Shown here piece by piece: positions 1-9,131 of a stretch of 25,213 bases of DNA. Below the pieces are notes generated by a model. It saw only the letters and a list, made by a program, of their open reading frames with translations, had not been told where the DNA came from and did not search any database. The position numbers were made by a program, and so were the translations under genes. Source of the DNA: a virus (lineage: Duplodnaviria > Caudoviricetes). How positions within the stretch are numbered: position 1 is the stretch's first letter; each line of letters starts with the position of its first letter. The DNA lies in the IMG/VR virus record IMGVR_UViG_3300012682_000166, positions 1-25,213 of that record; one strand, 5' to 3'.

Positions 1-1
1 C

Positions 2-436
2 ATGGCAGGAAGTCACACCCAGCGTAAATCAACCGGCGTTAGTATAGCGTCACTTAGCCGTAAGGGTATTGGCGGCCGTCCTACATCTGTAACTACAGAA
101 GTTATCGGAAAACTTGAACAGGCGTTTGCCATCGGTGCCAGTGATAAGGAGGCTTGTTTCTACGCCGATATACATCCTGACACACTTTATGCGTACCAAA
201 AAAAGTATCCTCAGTTCTCCGACCGCAAGGAAGCACTGAAGTTACGACCCATCTTAGCAGCCCGTCAAAAGGTCATTGATGACATCAATAAAGACGACAA
301 TACAGCCAAGTGGTATCTGGAGCGTAAACTCAAAAGCGAGTTCAGTACTAAGACGGAATCCGACACGACTATCCATGTTGTCCAGCCAATCATAGATATA
401 CCTATCAATCCAGTCCTTGATATAGATGAGTCCTGA
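2..436 (+). CDS. terS: Terminase small subunit
   Basis: GRPT..T.EV..KLE.AF..GA.D.EAC.YA.I...TLY.Y HTH-like N-terminus and AKWYLERK..EF motif. The stop overlaps the terL start (TGATG). The start is at the window edge. Confidence 0.85.
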   Translation: MAGSHTQRKSTGVSIASLSRKGIGGRPTSVTTEVIGKLEQAFAIGASDKEACFYADIHPDTLYAYQKKYPQFSDRKEALKLRPILAARQKVIDDINKDDNTAKWYLERKLKSEFSTKTESDTTIHVVQPIIDIPINPVLDIDES

Positions 437-1665
437 TGTTTACCAGCACGACATCCACTAAGAAGGTCATACGGCTTAACAAGCGTATCCGGTTGCTGGC
501 TGGCGGTACCAGTGCATCCAAGACCATATCCGTACTGTTATACCTGATTGCCAAATGTCAGACGGATAAGACACCGACGCTTACCAGTATCGTATCTGAA
601 TCGTTCCCACATCTCCGTAAGGGTGCGATGCGTGACTTCCTGAACATCATGCAGCAGCATAACTACTATAAGGACGCCCGGTGGAGTAAGACTGATTTCA
701 CCTACACTTTCGAGAGTGGTAGCAAGCTGGAGTTCTTCAGTGCCGACCAGCCAAGCAAGGTACGTGGTCCACGTCGTGACAGGCTATTCGTCAATGAGAT
801 CAACAACGTCGATAAGGAATCATGGGAACAGCTGTTACTCCGAACCAAGGAGTTCGCCATAGCTGACTGGAATCCGGTGACTGACTTCTTCATGTATGAG
901 GAATACGGATTGATAGACGAACCGGCAGCCGGTGAGAAACCACATGCCGGTGATCCTGATACCGACTTCCTGATACTGACTTATAAGGACAACGAAGCCC
1001 TGGACGCCGCCATCGTCAAGGAGATAGAGAAGCGTATGACCAACAAACAGTGGTTCCGGGTGTACGGCAAGGGCATCCGAGGCGAGGTCGAAGGCAAGAT
1101 ATTCAAAGGCTGGAAAGTCATTGACGAAATACCCCACGAAGCCAGACTGGTAGTCAGAGGTCTGGACTTCGGCTATAGCATCGACCCAGTCGCCTTATGT
1201 GACGTCTACTATTATAACGGCGGATACATAGTCGATGAGCTAGCCTACCGTACAGGCATGTTAAATAGACAGACTGCCGACCTGATACTCAACCAGGATG
1301 ACCCGAACGTCTTGACCATAGCTGATAGTGCCGAGGTCAAGTCTATAGCTGAAATGATGGAGTACGGCGTCAACATCACGGGTGTCATCAAGCAGGGTGC
1401 CGCCGGACAGAAGTTTACGACCAGTGCTATACAGTTCGTACAAGGCCAGCAGATGAGTATTACCAAGCGTAGTACTAACTATATAAAGAGCTATCGTAAC
1501 TTTATGTGGCAGACAGACAGGGACGGCGTCATACTCGACCAATACGACCATTATTTGAGTGACGGCATGATGAGTGTCATATATGCTATGACCAGTATTA
1601 GCCCACGTAAGGCAGAGACAGAAACCTACTCCACCGGTAACATGTCAACCTCATGGAATTATTAG
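436..1665 (+). CDS. terL: Terminase large subunit, PBSX/Terminase_3-like
   Basis: Walker A-like GGTSASKT, RGPRRDRLFVNE Walker B, DWNP coupling motif, TYKDN, and GLDFGYSIDP RNase H-like nuclease motif. Confidence 0.95.
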   Translation: MFTSTTSTKKVIRLNKRIRLLAGGTSASKTISVLLYLIAKCQTDKTPTLTSIVSESFPHLRKGAMRDFLNIMQQHNYYKDARWSKTDFTYTFESGSKLEFFSADQPSKVRGPRRDRLFVNEINNVDKESWEQLLLRTKEFAIADWNPVTDFFMYEEYGLIDEPAAGEKPHAGDPDTDFLILTYKDNEALDAAIVKEIEKRMTNKQWFRVYGKGIRGEVEGKIFKGWKVIDEIPHEARLVVRGLDFGYSIDPVALCDVYYYNGGYIVDELAYRTGMLNRQTADLILNQDDPNVLTIADSAEVKSIAEMMEYGVNITGVIKQGAAGQKFTTSAIQFVQGQQMSITKRSTNYIKSYRNFMWQTDRDGVILDQYDHYLSDGMMSVIYAMTSISPRKAETETYSTGNMSTSWNY

Positions 1666-1666
1666 G

Positions 1667-1672
1667 TATACT
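1667..1672 (+). promoter_or_regulatory. Putative -10 box (TATACT) for a leaderless transcript of the 1679 gene
   Basis: TATACT is followed 6 nt later by the ATG at 1679, with no SD sequence in between. Confidence 0.45.
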
Positions 1673-1678
1673 TATAAG

Positions 1679-1987
1679 ATGAAAGCCCAAGACTACCAAT
1701 CAAAAGACAACAATAGAGCTGATATCGTCGACCGCTTAATAGCCGTCTGTGACAGTCTAGGGCTGAGTTACAGCTATACCGAGGCGACCTTCAGTATCAC
1801 CCTGCCAACTGTCGAACCGGTACCAGTCACGCCGGTTGCAAATAATACAACAAAACGTAAGACGTTCGATATAGCTAACTGGGGAGAAAAATCAGTAGAC
1901 GAAGCCCTACCGGACGACTTCCAGATGCCGGACACCGGACAGCAACTAGACGAAGGTACGCCACCTAAGGAGGACCGGGAACCATGA
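1679..1987 (+). CDS. Hypothetical protein (102 aa, acidic/Pro-rich C-terminus)
   Basis: ORF between terL and portal, with ATGA overlap to the next gene. Confidence 0.7.
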   Translation: MKAQDYQSKDNNRADIVDRLIAVCDSLGLSYSYTEATFSITLPTVEPVPVTPVANNTTKRKTFDIANWGEKSVDEALPDDFQMPDTGQQLDEGTPPKEDREP

Positions 1988-2256
1988 ATAGCATAGAAGC
2001 CGCTGAAGCCTATCTCGAGAGTGAGAACAACAAAGCCCGGACGTTCGATCTCGACGAGCTAGCAAGGTCTGGTATGGCACGTAGCATCGGTTTCCCCTTC
2101 GCCGTTACCATAGAACACAACCGCTTTATATGTACCGACAACACCAACGGCTATAAGACGACTGCCTTCTACAAGCACATGGACGAGAAGGCTGTTAAGC
2201 GGCTGGTACGAGCGTTGACACGGCTGAAAGCCAACCATGACAAGGCAAACATATAG
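1984..2256 (+). CDS. Hypothetical protein (90 aa)
   Basis: ATGA coupling to the upstream ORF and AGGAGG upstream. Confidence 0.7.
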   Translation: MNSIEAAEAYLESENNKARTFDLDELARSGMARSIGFPFAVTIEHNRFICTDNTNGYKTTAFYKHMDEKAVKRLVRALTRLKANHDKANI

Positions 2257-2271
2257 ACCATTAGCGGTATG

Positions 2272-2280
2272 TGATATAGT
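2272..2280 (+). promoter_or_regulatory. Putative extended -10 promoter (TGaTATAGT) upstream of portal
   Basis: TGn plus TATAGT in the intergenic gap. Confidence 0.45.
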
Positions 2281-2316
2281 AACAAGCAACACCTCTAAAC
2301 ACGAGAGACTATTACA

Positions 2317-4419
2317 TTGAGTACACCTTTTTTAAAATCCACCGACGCCATGGGAGCTTACGAAGAATCCCGTAAGTGGTACCGCCAATACGACGAACCA
2401 ATACAGGAATACGAACGTTTAGCACGTAACCGGCCAAGTGAACGGATAGACCCTACCCTGCCCCGAGTCACTGACGGTACACTAGCTGCCCTCAACCAGG
2501 AAGGACCGAAGCGGATAGTCCAGCAGATACCAAGCGGCCTAACTGTCTGTAAGACGTATCCGGAGTACGCTGCTATTGCTAACTACCTGCTGCATAACAA
2601 GCTGATACCGATGAGCTGTAAGATGGGTAGTGAACTCCAGAAGTCCTGGCAGATGATCGGTAAGGCTGGACAGGTTGGTAGTAGCACATCCTATAGCTAC
2701 CTGACCGTGATTGACGGTGAGATGTACGTCGAATGGATATTACCGTATGTCAAAGATGTATTCGGCGAAAAGGGTAAGACATTCATGCCGGATAGCAACG
2801 TCCGGTTTATGCGGAGTTGGTATCAGAAGACTGACTTGCAAGCCATTGTCGCCAAGGAGAAGTCACTGAAGGCTAAGGACAGCAAGTACCAAAGTGACTG
2901 GGACTTAAACAAGCTGAGCCTCTTTATAAACGAAGGCACGACCAGTAAGAACTCTGAGGATATGACGCCAGCTGAGCGTGAGAAGGGTGACGGTCATAGC
3001 GGTGGTTATGAGGTCATACACGCTTTCCAGAACGGCAAGGCGGCTGACTTCTTTAGTTTCAGTCCTCGTTACAAGGACGGCGAGACACTGCGGACTAAGA
3101 CCAGTAAAGACCCAAGAGGGAAGATGCCACTGGACGACATGTACTGGAATATCGACCACAGCAACCCGAGAGGTCGTGGACAGATAGAGTTAAGTGGTGG
3201 TATTCAGAACCTGATTGATAACCAGTTACAAGCCTTCCAGTTTAATAGCACCTACATGCAGGCTCCGGCACTGATGGTCTGGGGTGGTGTCAACAAGGCC
3301 AGTCTGAAGATACGCCCGAATACTATATGGGATATGGGAACTAACCCTAACAACAAAGTAGAACGTGACGCCATTGACAACGCTGCAATCGGTAACTTCG
3401 TGGCTAACATGCAGTTCCTGCAGTCCAAGATCTATAACCTCAACAGTAGCCAGGATAACAGCATTGCCGCTGGTGTCGGTGACGTCAACCAGAGTAAGAC
3501 ACAGGCTGGTGTTAAGGCGAGTGAGAGTAAGCTCGGTGTATCGGATAACTACGTCCGTAAACAGTATGAAGAGTTCTGGGCTAACATGAGTGAAACCAGG
3601 CTGAACATCTACCTGAGTGAAATGACCGGCACAAGCGACCCTATGAAGCTTGACGCTGATGAGCTGAAGAAAATTCGTGACAGTGCCAGTGCTAAGTTCT
3701 TAAATGACAAGAATGAACTGATTATACCCTTCAAGTCAATCGACATGGTCAAGTTCAAGTTCCAAGTCGATGGTGGCAGCAGTGAAGTCAAAGAGGACGT
3801 TGATAACGCTGAGAAGCTGACAGAGGTCTACAAGCTGATGAGTACTGACCCAGACCCTGAGATAGCTAAGAAGAAGAAACAAGTACTGAAAGTCCTGATA
3901 GATGAAATCGGAGCCGAAGGTACTGACGACCTATTCCCTGAACTGAAAGAGACAGACAGGGACGGTAATATGATTGAGCAGCAACCAGAGCAGCCACAAG
4001 GCCCTGATCCTCAGATGATTATGCAGATGGTACAACAAGCCGTACAAGAGGCTATGCAACAGGAGAAGGCTAACAACCCACCAGAAGATCCATTACTGAA
4101 GATATTCAAGGACTTACCAGAGGATGCTAAACAGCAGTTACTGAGTAAGTACGGCTACGAAACACAAGTAGATAGCCCGATTGAACGTAAACTAGACATC
4201 GAAGCCCAAGCAGCCCTCGGACAAGCTGAACGTGATGAGATAGAGGCTGAAACCAGTGCCTACAAGCTGATACATGAAGAGGAGCAGACACAGTTCAATA
4301 ACAGCCAAGCTGACCGTAGTAGCAGCCTCAGTGAAGCCCAAGCGTTACAACAGGCAGAACAAGCTAGAGAAGCACAAAAGCAAGCTAACAAACCTAAGCA
4401 ACTAGCAGGAGTTAAATAA
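2317..4419 (+). CDS. Portal protein (P22-like, long Gln-rich coiled-coil C-terminus)
   Basis: 700 aa after terL and before scaffold/capsid. It has a PRGRGQIE motif, an SKTQAGV region, a KFQVDGGS motif and a Q/E-rich helical tail. TTG start. Confidence 0.8.
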   Translation: MSTPFLKSTDAMGAYEESRKWYRQYDEPIQEYERLARNRPSERIDPTLPRVTDGTLAALNQEGPKRIVQQIPSGLTVCKTYPEYAAIANYLLHNKLIPMSCKMGSELQKSWQMIGKAGQVGSSTSYSYLTVIDGEMYVEWILPYVKDVFGEKGKTFMPDSNVRFMRSWYQKTDLQAIVAKEKSLKAKDSKYQSDWDLNKLSLFINEGTTSKNSEDMTPAEREKGDGHSGGYEVIHAFQNGKAADFFSFSPRYKDGETLRTKTSKDPRGKMPLDDMYWNIDHSNPRGRGQIELSGGIQNLIDNQLQAFQFNSTYMQAPALMVWGGVNKASLKIRPNTIWDMGTNPNNKVERDAIDNAAIGNFVANMQFLQSKIYNLNSSQDNSIAAGVGDVNQSKTQAGVKASESKLGVSDNYVRKQYEEFWANMSETRLNIYLSEMTGTSDPMKLDADELKKIRDSASAKFLNDKNELIIPFKSIDMVKFKFQVDGGSSEVKEDVDNAEKLTEVYKLMSTDPDPEIAKKKKQVLKVLIDEIGAEGTDDLFPELKETDRDGNMIEQQPEQPQGPDPQMIMQMVQQAVQEAMQQEKANNPPEDPLLKIFKDLPEDAKQQLLSKYGYETQVDSPIERKLDIEAQAALGQAERDEIEAETSAYKLIHEEEQTQFNNSQADRSSSLSEAQALQQAEQAREAQKQANKPKQLAGVK

Positions 4420-4739
4420 TGAGTTCAGATGATATTTACGTGAATACAGGTCTAGACTACGCCCCAGCTGACTACCAAGCAACAATACCGAAGGAACGCC
4501 TCGAGCAGGAGAGTAAAGAAGCCGCTATTAAAGCCGCTAGCTACCCAATAATGGCTGACATCGCTGACTGGTTTCAAGTACAGTTTGCTTATCTTGATTC
4601 ACGGACGGCAGTATTAGCTTATGCTACAGAGTACGAAGTAGATGTCGAGGTAGCTGGAAGAGCCTTTGATGTAGCCCGTGATATCATCGCCGTCAAGGCC
4701 AAAGAGTTTGAAGACTTCCAAAGTGAAAAAGACGTATGA
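4419..4739 (+). CDS. Hypothetical protein (106 aa)
   Basis: TAATG overlap with the portal stop and GGAG SD upstream. Confidence 0.75.
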   Translation: MSSDDIYVNTGLDYAPADYQATIPKERLEQESKEAAIKAASYPIMADIADWFQVQFAYLDSRTAVLAYATEYEVDVEVAGRAFDVARDIIAVKAKEFEDFQSEKDV

Positions 4740-4969
4740 CAGACACTGACTACACACCGGAAGAGCTAGAAGCATTGCCCCAGACGGAAACTATATTTAA
4801 CCAGCCAGCCTTAGAGTTCGATAACCATGTGTGGGTGCAAGTTGGCTATACCATAGAAGACCACTGCCCTACCGGTTGTGTGTCTCAAGGTATACCAATC
4901 AAGTCTGGTACAATGCTCATAAAAGATAAGGAGACCGGCAAGTACAGCATAGTAGACGAAGTTAGATAG
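4736..4969 (+). CDS. Hypothetical protein (77 aa)
   Basis: ATGA overlap with the upstream gene. Contains H..W...G....DHCPTGC. Confidence 0.7.
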   Translation: MTDTDYTPEELEALPQTETIFNQPALEFDNHVWVQVGYTIEDHCPTGCVSQGIPIKSGTMLIKDKETGKYSIVDEVR

Positions 4970-5003
4970 CTACCTGTATATATCGAAACTTATATACAGG
5001 TAG
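4970..5003 (+). promoter_or_regulatory. 13-bp perfect hairpin upstream of the scaffold gene
   Basis: CTACCTGTATATA-tcgaaact-TATATACAGGTAG, with no U-tract after it. Confidence 0.7.
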
Positions 5004-5096
5004 GTGTTCACCTCCGTCATCACCAACCATTACCGGTATCGCAAGCCGAGAAACTAATTTAGCAGCCTTGAAAGAGGAAGAAAAGGAGAGCTTCGT

Positions 5097-5921
5097 ATGA
5101 ACGACGAACATAACGACGATTTTAACGAAGATGACATACCGGACGCTCCATTACTGGACGACGATCACAGCAGTCAGGACACGGACACACCCGTAGAAAC
5201 ACCCGAAGATACGGGTACGGAATCCGACACAGAAGACAAGCCTGAGTCACCAGACAAAGAAGAGACGCCTGAGGGCGAGCAACCGCCAGCTGAGGGTGAA
5301 AAACCCGACAAGCAACCAGATGCAGAGGAAACAGCAAAACAGGAACGCCAACAGCAGAACGCCATGATGGCTGAACGCCGGATAGCCGAACGTAACCGTA
5401 CGAGGCAGGAGGTTGCCCAGCAACTAGATAGCGTCTATGGCCCTAAGACTGCCGAGCAGTTAGAGGATGAGGGACTGGAGCCACAACAAGCCCAGATACA
5501 AGCCTTACGTGAGGAGATGGCCTACGAACGCCAACGTAGCACGATAGCTGAACTGAACGCTGGTATGCAGTCTGACGCTGTCAACGCCATGAACGACTTC
5601 CCGGTATTCAATGAGAAATCACCTGACTATGACCCTGAGTTCACGGCAATGGTGCAACAGCAGTACCAAGTAGCAGCCAGACTACAGACTGACGATAACG
5701 GCATCATCCTGAACGCTGAAGTTCCCTTATACGACTATTACCAATCGATGAATAAGATTTACAACCGGGGCAGTTCCAAAGGCTCCAGTCAGGGACAAGC
5801 AGAAGCGATGCAGATGCTATCCCGAACTGAGGACGCTACCGGTGGCAGCTCATCCAGTAGAAGAGGTGAAGAGACCTTAGAAGAGATGGGTGAACGCCTC
5901 GCTGATATCCCGGTTGTGTAG
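5097..5921 (+). CDS. Capsid scaffolding protein
   Basis: Very acidic disordered N-terminus and coiled-coil core, directly upstream of the major capsid gene. AAGGAG SD. Confidence 0.8.
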   Translation: MNDEHNDDFNEDDIPDAPLLDDDHSSQDTDTPVETPEDTGTESDTEDKPESPDKEETPEGEQPPAEGEKPDKQPDAEETAKQERQQQNAMMAERRIAERNRTRQEVAQQLDSVYGPKTAEQLEDEGLEPQQAQIQALREEMAYERQRSTIAELNAGMQSDAVNAMNDFPVFNEKSPDYDPEFTAMVQQQYQVAARLQTDDNGIILNAEVPLYDYYQSMNKIYNRGSSKGSSQGQAEAMQMLSRTEDATGGSSSSRRGEETLEEMGERLADIPVV

Positions 5922-5955
5922 ATAATAACCATAACCACAAGAAAGATATAATCCA

Positions 5956-6888
5956 ATGCCTACAGTAGCAACCGGTACCGCCGGAACAATCGGTAACTTA
6001 CAAGCCGAACAGCAAACATACTTTGCCCGTACCTTGCTCAAACAAGCCAAATACAAGACTTTACTTGACCAGTTCGCCTACACTGAGAAGATCCCTGCAG
6101 CGTCCAGTAAGACGATCCAGTTCAACCAGTACAGCGACCTGCCACTGGCAACAACGCCACTGGCTGAAGGTACGCCGCCAGCTGAAACACAGCTGACCGT
6201 TACTCCTATCACGGCAACTATCGACCAGCTTGGTAGCTACACGATCCTGACTGACCTTGCCAACCTGACAACTAAGCACCCGGTTATGACCAAGACTAAC
6301 GAACTACTTGGTACTCAGGCAGCTCGTACCTATGACCGTTTAATTAACGCTACAGTCGTCGCCGGTACTAACGTCATCTATCCAGGTGCCGTTACCTCAC
6401 GGGTAACAGTTGCAAACAGCAGCAAGCTGACATTTACTGAAGTCAAAAAAGCCGTAGCCATGCTTCGTAAGAACGGTGCTAATGAGTTTGATGACGGCAA
6501 CTTTGTCTGTGTGATTGACCCTAGTGTCGAAATCGACCTGCTCGATGACACCAGCTACGCTAACACCGTCTACCGCCAGACTGGTAAGAATGAACTCTAC
6601 AAGGGTGCTATTACCACTTTCGCTGGTGTGACATTCGTACGTTCCAACAACATCCCAGTCCTGACTGGTGCCGGAGCTACTGCCGCTGACGTCCATACTT
6701 CCTACATATTCGGACAGGATGCCTTTGCCGTTACTGACCTGCAGACGCTCCAGATGTACAAGGAAGCACCTGGCGGCGTGACTGACCCACTGCACCAGAA
6801 GATGACACTTGGTTGGAAAGTCGGCTTTAAGTCGGTTATCCTGAACCAGAACTGGTTAATCCGTTTAGAGAGTGGATCATTGAACTAG
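5956..6888 (+). CDS. Major capsid protein, N4-gp56-like family (HK97 fold)
   Basis: PLAEGTPP, ITATIDQLGSY..LTD, LG.QAARTYD, AGTNVIY, CVIDP, GVTFVRSN, and GG..DPLHQK.T.GWK motifs. Confidence 0.9.
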   Translation: MPTVATGTAGTIGNLQAEQQTYFARTLLKQAKYKTLLDQFAYTEKIPAASSKTIQFNQYSDLPLATTPLAEGTPPAETQLTVTPITATIDQLGSYTILTDLANLTTKHPVMTKTNELLGTQAARTYDRLINATVVAGTNVIYPGAVTSRVTVANSSKLTFTEVKKAVAMLRKNGANEFDDGNFVCVIDPSVEIDLLDDTSYANTVYRQTGKNELYKGAITTFAGVTFVRSNNIPVLTGAGATAADVHTSYIFGQDAFAVTDLQTLQMYKEAPGGVTDPLHQKMTLGWKVGFKSVILNQNWLIRLESGSLN

Positions 6889-6907
6889 AAACAATAACGA
6901 TTAACGC

Positions 6908-6954
6908 ATGATGAAGTGCTGGTATAACTTGAAACACTATACCAGCGCCGTCAT
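6908..6954 (+). promoter_or_regulatory. Long hairpin downstream of the capsid gene (processing, stability or attenuation element)
   Basis: ATGATG-aa-GTGCTGGTATA-loop-TATACCAGCGC-CGTCAT, 17 bp including G-U pairs on the + strand. Confidence 0.65.
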
Positions 6955-6969
6955 TCTAAGGAGATAATC

Positions 6970-7176
6970 ATGGCAGACGAAACGACAAGTATGAACCTGC
7001 AGAACAACGTGACCATTAATGGTCGTAAGTTCACTAAAGGCATGAACGTCATCGTACCGAAAGGACAGGCTGACGACATTGCCCGGATTGACTACAACGC
7101 TCAGCAAGCTCAGAACAACCTGGTACGACAACCCAAGGAGTACATCGCTCCTATGGGCAGAGACGTCCAAATATAA
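6970..7176 (+). CDS. Small capsid-associated hypothetical protein
   Basis: AAGGAG SD. VTING..F.KG..V.VP motif, of a type I recall following N4-gp56-like capsid genes. Confidence 0.75.
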   Translation: MADETTSMNLQNNVTINGRKFTKGMNVIVPKGQADDIARIDYNAQQAQNNLVRQPKEYIAPMGRDVQI

Positions 7177-7207
7177 CAGATTTATTACCTAACGAAAGGA
7201 ATAACCT

Positions 7208-7603
7208 ATGGCAGATTTCGGAGTAGATAACTTCCTCGGTACCGTAACACTGGATGGCAAGCAAGCCGTCTATAAGTTCCACGATCCAAGTGACGTAACC
7301 AACACCGCTGAGGTAACACTCAGTGAAAAAGACCTTGACGGCAAGCAAGCTGAGACACGTGAAGCAACCGACCTGGCTTACAGCAAAGTAGCTGAGGGCA
7401 TGAACAGTAAGCGTGATACCAAGAACTTCAAGGATCAGGCGAAGCAAGTCGCTGATAAGCAGAACGAAGACAGCAAAACTAGACAAGCTGCTACTGACTT
7501 CTTGGACAACACAGCCGACAATACGACTAAACCTGTTAGTGTTGATAAGGATGGCACTAATGTCTTCAATACCAAAGATCAAAACAAGGATAACGATAAG
7601 TAA
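7208..7603 (+). CDS. Hypothetical protein (131 aa, D/K/T-rich)
   Basis: AAAGGA SD, in the operon, followed by a terminator. Confidence 0.75.
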   Translation: MADFGVDNFLGTVTLDGKQAVYKFHDPSDVTNTAEVTLSEKDLDGKQAETREATDLAYSKVAEGMNSKRDTKNFKDQAKQVADKQNEDSKTRQAATDFLDNTADNTTKPVSVDKDGTNVFNTKDQNKDNDK

Positions 7604-7614
7604 TACATGTAAAC

Positions 7615-7647
7615 GGGCGGCAGTAGCAATATTGTCGCCCTTGTTAT
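7615..7647 (+). terminator. Putative intrinsic terminator
   Basis: GGGCGGCAGTA-GCAA-TATTGTCGCCC (11 bp, GNRA loop) followed by TTGTTAT. Confidence 0.65.
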
Positions 7648-7675
7648 ACACTAAGCGTAACAACTATAGACAACC

Positions 7676-8053
7676 ATGGCTGATACAACATACACCGAAC
7701 AGTACATCTTAAACACCTTGTACGGCAGTGCTCCAACCCAGTACAGTACACAAGAGGTTGCCAACCTGCAAGCCGGTACCGGACGTACCAGTCGGTCATG
7801 GCAGGAAGTCCTGAACACTAATGCCGGTAATCACCCTACAAGGTACAGTGTCCAGCAAAGTCTGTTCATTAACCTGAGTGCAAGTCTCGGCCTGTCCGGC
7901 AGTTACACTCAGCTCAGTGAACAAGCCCTACTCAACCGGGCATTCAGTGGCGGCGTTACCTTGGCTACTATACTGGGTGCAGCCGGCGGTGGCACTCCAA
8001 GTACCGCCGGACAGCCTATCGGGTTATTATTATTGATAACTAGAGCAACATAG
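7676..8053 (+). CDS. Putative virion structural protein with short internal repeats
   Basis: Repeated Y/W-S/T-x-Q-x-x-L-N units and a C-terminal GQPIGLLLLIT. Confidence 0.65.
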   Translation: MADTTYTEQYILNTLYGSAPTQYSTQEVANLQAGTGRTSRSWQEVLNTNAGNHPTRYSVQQSLFINLSASLGLSGSYTQLSEQALLNRAFSGGVTLATILGAAGGGTPSTAGQPIGLLLLITRAT

Positions 8054-8057
8054 AAAT

Positions 8058-8645
8058 ATGAATACTCAATTTCAAAAAGGGTGCATACCTTTCAATAAAG
8101 GAACAAAAGGAATTATGAAGCCTAATTCTGGTAGTTTTGTCAAAGGTCAAAAGTCATGGAACAAAATTGGTACAACCAAAATTTGTACAATTTGTTTTAC
8201 AGAATACGCTGTTAGGGGTATAAAACGTCGTGAGACAAGTCTATATTGTTCCATGAAGTGTCGGGGAATTTCATTACAAGGGAAGCCCTCACCAATGAAG
8301 GGGCGTATTTCTAGTCCCGAAACCAGAGAAAAACAACGACAAGCCAAGTTAGGAATCAGAGGTAAGGATCATTGGAATTATAAGAATGGAAGCGGTTCTG
8401 AAAGACACAGAGACATGCAACGGGATGAATATAAGCAATGGCGTAAAGCGGTATTCGAAAGAGACAATTACACCTGTCAAACATGCAAAGCTACAGGAGT
8501 TTACTTACAGGCAGACCATATAAAACAATGGGCATTTTTCCCAGAATTGAGGTACGATCTTAACAATGGACGTACACTTTGTATTGATTGCCATGAGAAA
8601 ACAGACAGTTTTCCAATACAACTAAGAAGGAGGATAGTAATTTGA
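8058..8645 (+). CDS. HNH homing endonuclease with NUMOD3-like repeats and Zn finger
   Basis: F.KG..P/SWNK repeats, CxxC...YCSxxC, SPETREKQRQAKLG, and WRKAVFERDNYTCQTC..ADHIK..NGRTLCIDCH. Visibly more AT-rich than its flanks. Confidence 0.9.
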   Translation: MNTQFQKGCIPFNKGTKGIMKPNSGSFVKGQKSWNKIGTTKICTICFTEYAVRGIKRRETSLYCSMKCRGISLQGKPSPMKGRISSPETREKQRQAKLGIRGKDHWNYKNGSGSERHRDMQRDEYKQWRKAVFERDNYTCQTCKATGVYLQADHIKQWAFFPELRYDLNNGRTLCIDCHEKTDSFPIQLRRRIVI

Positions 8646-9127
8646 GCGACAATATTTCAATCACAGCCGGTACGGGTACAGTCGTATCAACCGAGGAAGC
8701 AACAACCCTAAACGGTGCAACTGTCACAGCCCAGCAAGTCCAGCGGGTCATTACGGCTACTAGGACAGCCGACGGTACGGTCATCGACGGCGAAGCCATG
8801 GCAACCCGCCTTGACGCTGTAAACGACGCCGTGACTACCTACCCGTTCGGACACAGTGCAACCAATATTTCAACAGGTACGACGACTACTCCGATTACGA
8901 CAGTCGTTAAGTCCGGCTCCGGTGTTCTAAGGGGTGTAGTTACTGGCGACATCGGCTCGTCTTGGCAAGCGACGCTGTACGACAATACGGCTGCTTCAGG
9001 AACTATCATCTCGGTACTCAAACCAACCAACGCTGGATTTATCGGTTTTGAAGTTGGCTTCACAACTGGCCTGACGATTGCCACGACTGGTACGGCTGCT
9101 GGTAACTTAACAGTAATTTGGAGATAA
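8642..9127 (+). CDS. Putative head decoration/structural beta-sandwich protein
   Basis: T/G-rich, with VKSGSGVL.GV..LYDNTAASGT..F.TGLTI. TTG start with AGGAGG located inside the HNH 3' end. Confidence 0.65.
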   Translation: MSDNISITAGTGTVVSTEEATTLNGATVTAQQVQRVITATRTADGTVIDGEAMATRLDAVNDAVTTYPFGHSATNISTGTTTTPITTVVKSGSGVLRGVVTGDIGSSWQATLYDNTAASGTIISVLKPTNAGFIGFEVGFTTGLTIATTGTAAGNLTVIWR

Positions 9128-9131
9128 TCCA

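Noticed and set aside
6908-6937. Hammerhead-like UGAUGA...GAAAC
   Set aside because: The conserved C of CUGANGA is missing, stem II is misregistered, and a longer simple hairpin explains the sequence.
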